This document shows positions 57,405 to 64,000 of a DNA stretch of 64,000 nt, piece by piece. This stretch comes from Eledone cirrhosa (lineage: Eukaryota): positions 50,034,001-50,098,000 of the forward strand of contig OZ024752.1 of the NCBI GenBank assembly GCA_964016885.1, in the 5' to 3' direction. A program made the position numbers and the translations under genes. The notes under the pieces were generated by a model. It was not told the origin of the DNA. It made no database searches and saw only the letters and a program-made list of their open reading frames with translations. Each line of letters starts with the position of its first letter. Position 1 is the stretch's first letter.

Positions 57405-57475
57405 TAGAATGAGAAATTAAAGAAAGATGGAGAAGACAACTGAATAAAGCTAAAAACTCCAGATTTTCGAAAGTG

Positions 57476-57569
57476 CCCTTCTCAACCACACAGCCCTTCT
57501 TAACCACACAGCCCCTCTTAACCACACAGCCCTTCTTAACCACATAGCCCTTCTCAACCACACAGCCCT
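57476..57569. repeat. 18-bp tandem, about 5 copies
   Basis: cttctcaaccacacagcc. Confidence 0.85.
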
Positions 57570-57827
57570 GTATGCACCTTTGTTAAATGATAGATATTTC
57601 AAACGGCATTTCTGTGATTTAGTCCATTCTGGTATGGTTTCAGGGACCCTGAACACCACCACATCATGTGTGTGTGTGTGTGTGTACATGTGTGTGTATG
57701 TGTGTGTGTGTGTGTGTGTGTGAGGGCATGTGTGTGTGTGCACGTGTGTGTAGACAAAAAGGGGGGGGGGGTGATATTTAATACAACTAAAGAAACATTG
57801 GTTTGAAATATAAAAGTGAAACTATAT

Positions 57828-58012
57828 AACTGTTTCTACTTTTGGCACAGGGCCAGCAATTACCCCAGTGTATTACTGGTACTTTATTTTATCGACCCCG
57901 TAAGGATGAAAGGCAAAGTTAACCTCGGCTGGATTTGAACTCAGACCATAAAAGGCCGTAACTCTATGCTGCAAAGCATGGCGTCCGGCCCTCTACCGAT
58001 ACTGCCAATCCA
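57828..58012 (-). mobile_element. Meta-type SINE
   Basis: Family match. Confidence 0.85.
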
Positions 58013-58326
58013 CAATATAATATAAAATAAATATATCAACAAATAGATATATTTCTTTATTTGCCACAAGGACGCACAAGAAAAGGGGACAATACAAAGA
58101 CATATGGCAGGGATTTTACATACAGTTGTGTAAAAAAGAAAATAGATAGATAAATAAACACATAAATAAAAGGTGTATATAGAAAATGGTTTTATGTCAT
58201 TGGAAGATGGCAGGAAAGGAACTAGGGAAGAGAATGGATAAATAGACTAAGGGGGGAAAGTTCTGCAGAAAAGCATTCCAGATGTTGAGTAAAAATAAAG
58301 ATAAAATAAGTGTTGAGAAAGTACTG

Positions 58327-58381
<55 letters not shown>

Positions 58382-58969
58382 CGCGTGTGCGTGTATGTGT
58401 GTGTGTGTGTTAGAGAGATGCTTAAGCATCAGCATTTTGAAAGGGTTTTTTTTGTTTGTTTGTTTGTTTGTTTGCTATATTTTAGGGCGTTTTTGTGGGG
58501 GTGGGGTTATGGGTGGGGGGTGTTCCCCTGTGGTAGGTTGGAGGTAGTGAAATAAATAGAAATGAAATCATGCACAAAGATAAAAAGTGTGCAGGGAACA
58601 AAAGATATATAATAATCTTGTAAATATGAATATTACCGATGTAAGTCATAAAAAACAAACAACAAACATAAGTTGCCATAAGCACGAGAGGTTGATATCA
58701 CACAACTAATTTAGGAGATGAAAACTAGAAAATAAAATGGCAAATGATAAAAAAAAAAGAAGAGTTAATAATAAAAATAATAAATAACAAACAAGGTATA
58801 GAGATGAACCCTCAGTAAATATATATATATTTTTTTAAATGTAAGAATATCGAGTAACTTAAAAATATTGATGATAGTACGGCAGGATTGATTAACTTAG
58901 AGATGCAATGGATTAACTTCTTGATGTTGGAGTACTGGCAGAGAATAACAACAACAACAACATAAGCAT

Positions 58970-59198
58970 TTAAACCTTTTAGCATTTACATTACGCTATA
59001 TATACTATTGTATTTTGTAGTTAAGGCTTTACTTCACATAATTATCTCATATAATATCAAAGCTATGAGATTTTGATATTATTTATTTTGAGAACAATAC
59101 CTTAAGATAAGTATGAGTGGCCGGATATGGCTGGTTTAAACAGAAAGAGGTGAGAATATTCTGACCAGATATGGCCAATTTAACTGCTAAAGGGTTAA
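58970..59198. mobile_element. piggyBac-like MITE family 1
   Basis: ttaaaccttttagcattt ... gctaaagggttaa. Confidence 0.8.
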
Positions 59199-59274
59199 GG
59201 CAATTTTTTGCTATTAAAACAAGGGGTAAATTTTGTGAGCCCTACAAGAGTCTTAATCTTTTTATTACCATACT

Positions 59275-59590
59275 CCCAATGAAACCACACTGCCTATGAA
59301 AGTTTATATGGACATTTGCCCCAGATAACAACTACAATTGCTCAAGGATGGTTACAATTTGTAGGACATTGCTGGAGAGGTAAGCAGGAAGTTATACACA
59401 AGCTACTATTGTGGGAACCAACTCATGGGAGATGAAGTAGAGAAAGACCTGTCTGGACTTTCAGTGATCAACTCTCAGACTATACAAACACCAGTAGGGA
59501 GCAGTTGCCAGGAGCAATGGAGAATCATGAATTATGGAGAGTCTTTGTCAGGAATGTTTGGCTGTGGTCACAATTATGATAATGATGATT
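59275..59590 (+). mobile_element. Decayed RTE 3' fragment
   Basis: LYGHLPQITTTIAQGWLQFVGHCWRGKQEVIHKLLLWEPTHG; short (gat) tail. Confidence 0.75.
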
Positions 59591-59889
59591 TTCAAATAAT
59601 TTTGAAAATAATCAAGAATTTAGAGAGATTTTCAAACATAACTAACTTTATCATTATTTACTGAGGGCAGTTTTTTTGCATTTGGCAGGAGTTGCAGCTG
59701 ATAGACGGTGTCGATAATGGAAAGACTAATGGAAACATTGTTTCCTTGGTCCAGTTTAATGAGTTTCACCCCAGTCAGTAAGGGAATGAGGTCTGGTGTC
59801 TCGACAATCAATTCCCCCCACTTAAAAATTATGGAAGCCCAAAAGAAACACTGACCATATAAAGCGACTTGAAACTTCAACATATTTTA

Positions 59890-60077
59890 ATAATTGTTTC
59901 TACTTTTGGCACAAGGCCAGCAATTAGCCAGTGTATTACTGGTACTTTATTTTATCGACCCCCGTAAGGATGAAAGGTAAAGTTAACCTCGGCGGGATTT
60001 AAACTCAGAATGGCAAGGGCCGTAACTCTATGCATCAAAGCATGGCGTCCGACCCTCTACCGATACTGCCAATCCAC
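59890..60077 (-). mobile_element. Meta-type SINE
   Basis: Family match. Confidence 0.85.
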
Positions 60078-60804
60078 AATATAACATAATTTCACTTTTA
60101 ATATATTCCCACTTTACTTTTACAGCAGTTATCAGAAATTATACAAGTGACTTTCAGAGCCAGGAATTACATGATTAACTAATGTGAAGCTATACAAGTG
60201 GCCAGGGGGTTCATGTTTTACACCAATGTCGATAGTATGACTTGAAGTGAGCCTTATTACTGCAATATTTCTCCATTAAACACATTATCAGGAATTAGAA
60301 TTTTCTAATTGTATTTATTCTCTTGAAAGATTCTCTGTTGATTTAAGATTATTTAAGTTTTCGCAATGTTTGATTATGAAATTAAATAGATTTAGGATTT
60401 TGGTTTTATCTTTAAGTACTGATACTAAAATAATAGAAAAACATGTTTCTGTAGCTATAACTTTATATATTTTTCTGAGAAACATCTCTATATAGAATTA
60501 TGATTCCCAGAGAAAATTAAACAAATATGGCCGTGTAACCTCCAGCTTGGCTGTGTGATTAAAAAGCTTGTTTCACAACCACATGGCTTCAGGTTCCATC
60601 CCTCTGCTTGGCACCTTGGGCAAGGGTATTCTACTCGGTTTGACCAATGCCTTGTGAATGAAATTTGGTAGATGGAAACTGTGTAGAAGCCCATTGTATA
60701 TAATATAAATGGATGTATATGTGTATGTGTGTATGTGTCTGCTCACTGTTTGTTTATGTTCCATAACTTAGCAATTCAACAAAAGGAGATTGATAAAATA
60801 ATAA

Positions 60805-61560
60805 TAATTGTTTCTACTTTAGGCACAAGGCCAGCAATTACCTAGTACATTACTGGTACTTTATTTTATCGACCCCGTAAGGATGAAAGGCAAAGTTAAC
60901 CTAGGCGGGATTTGAACTCAGATAAAATAATAATAATGGTTACTGATTTAGGTAAAAGGGCAGCAATTTTGGAGGAAAGGGAAAGTCAATTAAATCGACC
61001 CCAGTACATTACTGGTACTTTATTTTATCGACCCCTTAAGGATGAAAAGCAAAGCTAACCTCAGCAGGATTTAAACTCAGAACGTAAAGGGCCGTAACTC
61101 TGTGCCACAAAGCATGTTGTCCGACGCTCTACTAATACTGCCAATCCACTGCCTTGCTAGTAATAATAATAATTGTATCTACTTTAGGCACAAGGCCAGC
61201 AATTACCCAGTGCATTACTGGTACTTTATTTTATCGACCCCGTAAGGATGAAAGGCAAAGTCAACCTCGGCGGGATTTGAACTCAGATCGTAAAGGGACG
61301 TAACTATGCTGGAAAGCATGGCGTCCGACCCTCTACCGATACTGCCAATCCACCGCCTAGTAATAATAATAATGTTTCTACTTTTGGCACAAGGCCAGCA
61401 ATTACCCCAGTGTATTACTGGTACTTTAGTTTATCGACCCTAACCCTAACCCTAACCCGTAAGCATGAAAGGCAAAGTTAACCTCGACAGGATTTGAACT
61501 CAGAACGTAAAGGGCCATAACTGTATGGTGCAGAAGATGTTGTCCGACACTCTACCGATT
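60805..61560 (-). mobile_element. Cluster of four head-to-tail Meta-type SINEs separated by (TAA)n
   Basis: Copies at about 60805-60922, 60935-61155, 61170-61357 and 61372-61560. Confidence 0.85.
61438..61458. repeat. Interstitial telomeric repeat CCC(TAACCC)3 inside a SINE
   Basis: Other copies read tcgaccccgtaag; this one reads tcgaccc-taaccctaaccctaaccc-gtaag. Confidence 0.8.
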
Positions 61561-61740
61561 TCTTCAATGATTCTACACAACAGAATCTAAACTCTCAACA
61601 TTGTTGATACAAGACATTTCACTATTGACATAGTTATTAGAGACGTACATTCAGAAAGCATTCATTTTGTTTGGTTGGGGGGGGAGGGTCTTATTTTTTC
61701 TGTTTTGTTCCTGATTTTTTTTGTTTTTTTTTTCTTCTGC

Positions 61741-61774
<34 letters not shown>

Positions 61775-61973
61775 ATTTTCCTCCCAAGTAAGTAAATTGA
61801 CATTTTATCCATCAATAAGCACAAAATCGAAATCAATCTTCTATTATTTCCAATGATATAGCTTTCATATCTTTCATTGGTTTGAATATTTATTGTTATT
61901 GTTGTCAGTATTATTATTATTATTATCATCATTATCATCATCATTATTATTAATATCATTGTCATCATTAATA

Positions 61974-62013
<40 letters not shown>

Positions 62014-62225
62014 GAATGCCATGGTTGACGGAGGCTCGGCTCTGTAAGGTATAGTAATTTTTAACCGTTAAAACAATTGTAAATTGTTTAAAACTTGAAC
62101 CAAATTGTTGATAAAGACACCCTCCTCCTCGTGAGAGGGGTCTTTCTGTCCGTTATTTGGCCCTTCGGGGTTAAATAGCCAGTTATTGGGGTTTTGTACC
62201 CAAAATTTCATTTTAAACAAAAAAC

Positions 62226-64000
62226 ATGGCTACCAAAAAAAAAAAATTTCATACGTCACTCCCACTCATTCCGTCTTCTTCTTCCTCAATCATCACTACA
62301 GGAGAGAGAAGATTGTCTCTCTCCCTCCCTTCTTTAAATGTGTCTCTCTCCCTACCTTCTCTTTCGCAAGCGACGAAAGAAAAGAAAAGTCTCGTGCAAA
62401 GCGTGCAAGGTTTCTCCACGACGACGACGACAGCGACGAAACAGGTGTGCGGGAAATACGAAAACCCAGTTCATTCGTCTGACGTCAGGAATAATAGCAG
62501 TAGCAGCCGTAATAACAACAGCAACAGTGACAATGAAAACAACAGTAGCAGCCGCAACAGCATCACCAGCAGCATAAACAACAACAGCATTAGCAGCAGC
62601 AACACCAACAACAACCACAGCAACAGCGGCGGAGGCAGTAGTCGTAGTACCTGCAGCAACAACAAAAGTACCAGCAGCTCTGACGACAACAACAACAGCA
62701 GAGAAAAACCAATCTCATTTGCAGGTATTGCGAAAAACCTGGAAACAATCCTCATAACAAATGAGGAATTAGAGGAAGCGAAGAAGATGGTGACAAAGAA
62801 CGGACACCGAGCAATCTGCAAGGCAGCGAAAAATTTTTTCGAAACCCAAGAGCACTGTACGGTCACGTACCGTACAGTAAGTACAAAATCCCGTAGGGTG
62901 GAAAGAGCCACAGAGGCCCAAATACAAAAAGCCTTGGGGTCTGTGTGGCAGAGGAAAACGCACATCACCCGAGGCAAAAAATACGCCACCGTAGACGTAC
63001 TTTTTGCCACACCCCAGGAGGCAAAGGCCCAATCAGTAGTGACCCTAAGGAGCGAGGAAATGGTGTTGGTGCCCTCCTACTGCGGGCAAAAAATTGTGAG
63101 GGTCAAACTGACCCACGTCCCCCCCGGAATGACCCCTTCTTGGCTGGCCGCGTCTGTCCTCGTCGGAATCGAGGACAAAACAACTGTACTGCAAGTACAG
63201 AAAAAAGTAAGAGAAGATTGGGTCGGCTCCTCCATTGAGATGCTAATCCAAACCAACCAGGAGTGCATCGAAGCTATCCCGGATGTGATAGACTTCGATA
63301 ACGGCACTCAACTGCCCATAAGTGTTGAGGGCAAACGCCCGAAATGCTTTCGCTGTGGATCGAAGACTCACCTCAGGGCCTTCTGCAACGAGAAGACCCT
63401 GAGAAAGGAGAAAACCCCCCTCCTCCCGAATCCGGTTCCACGGCTACCAGCAACAGGACAAGCGGCAACCAGGAACGATAGGTCCGTGGCACCCATACCC
63501 ACTCCACGGAAATCAAAGACAGCAGCAGCAGTGGAAATATTAACAACAACAACAGCAATACCAAATGCAGCTGCAACAGAGACTCCAGTGCAAACATCAC
63601 CAACAACAACAAGTGAAAGAGTGGAGCTGGTACCCCTCCCCGACCTTACAGAATCAGACATGGAGTGTGAGGTGGGAGAGGGATGGCAAAAGGTCTCAAG
63701 AAGGCACAAACGCAGAAGCAGCGCATCGTCGCCTTTGAAAAGGGAGGAAAGAAATGAGAAAAGGGTAAAGTCTACTGCAAAGAGACCCACAGCAGCAACA
63801 CCACCAACACCATCACCACCCACACCAGCACCACCATCACCACCGGCGACAACCCCACCGCCAACAACACCTTCAACACCACCACCACAAGCACCAACAT
63901 CGCAAACACAACAACAAAACACACACACCCAGCAACAACGACAAGAAAATAGCAGAACCACACCCCACCCCCAGAAAAACAAATGCACGGCAATAAACAC
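62226..64000 (+). CDS. ORF1 (gag-like, CCHC zinc knuckle) of an L1/Tx1-type non-LTR retrotransposon; open past the window end
   Basis: Own translation from aaacATGG at 62226: MATKKKKF...N/S-rich...ISFAGIAK...VRVKLTHVPPG...IPDVIDFDNGTQLPISVEGKRPKCFRCGSKTHLRAFC...GWQKVSRRHKRR...P/T-rich; no stop codon to 64000. Confidence 0.85.
   Translation, partial: MATKKKKFHTSLPLIPSSSSSIITTGERRLSLSLPSLNVSLSLPSLSQATKEKKSLVQSVQGFSTTTTTATKQVCGKYENPVHSSDVRNNSSSSRNNNSNSDNENNSSSRNSITSSINNNSISSSNTNNNHSNSGGGSSRSTCSNNKSTSSSDDNNNSREKPISFAGIAKNLETILITNEELEEAKKMVTKNGHRAICKAAKNFFETQEHCTVTYRTVSTKSRRVERATEAQIQKALGSVWQRKTHITRGKKYATVDVLFATPQEAKAQSVVTLRSEEMVLVPSYCGQKIVRVKLTHVPPGMTPSWLAASVLVGIEDKTTVLQVQKKVREDWVGSSIEMLIQTNQECIEAIPDVIDFDNGTQLPISVEGKRPKCFRCGSKTHLRAFCNEKTLRKEKTPLLPNPVPRLPATGQAATRNDRSVAPIPTPRKSKTAAAVEILTTTTAIPNAAATETPVQTSPTTTSERVELVPLPDLTESDMECEVGEGWQKVSRRHKRRSSASSPLKREERNEKRVKSTAKRPTAATPPTPSPPTPAPPSPPATTPPPTTPSTPPPQAPTSQTQQQNTHTQQQRQENSRTTPHPQKNKCTAIN

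Noticed and set aside
59632-59883. 83-aa minus-strand ORF in non-repetitive-looking sequence
   Set aside because: No recognisable domain, and its phase does not fit the kinesin exon
63368-64000. Minus-strand 210-aa and 179-aa (62471-63010) ORFs
   Set aside because: Antisense shadows of the plus-strand retrotransposon ORF1

Overview
Eukaryotic, very AT-rich and microsatellite-saturated DNA. The SINE types and the (TA)n load suggest an octopus or other coleoid cephalopod (inference). Almost every ORF in the supplied track is a simple-repeat artefact. Real content read from the sequence: (i) two short minus-strand coding exons (49767-49882, 45113-45219) that splice in frame and resemble the stalk of a KIF17/OSM-3 kinesin-2; (ii) an ORF1 with a CCHC zinc knuckle from an L1/Tx1-type retrotransposon starting at 62226 and running off the window; (iii) many CORE-type and Meta-type tRNA-derived SINEs, RTE, CR1 and Tx1 LINE 3' fragments, TTAA-flanked piggyBac-like MITEs and a mini-mariner; (iv) several minisatellites built from pieces of those elements. 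The main discovery is a near-identical 310-bp tandem array at 50461-53240. Each unit carries a type I hammerhead ribozyme motif (a non-LTR retrozyme / Penelope-associated architecture), and the array folds back on itself at the ribozyme core inside the kinesin intron. Also notable: a second, dispersed minimal-hammerhead family, a 1.25-kb palindrome where SINE orientation flips, a palindromic element made of two convergent tRNA-like units, (GATA)n-targeted Tx1 insertions and an interstitial telomeric insertion. All calls were made by eye; no database searches or folding programs were run.
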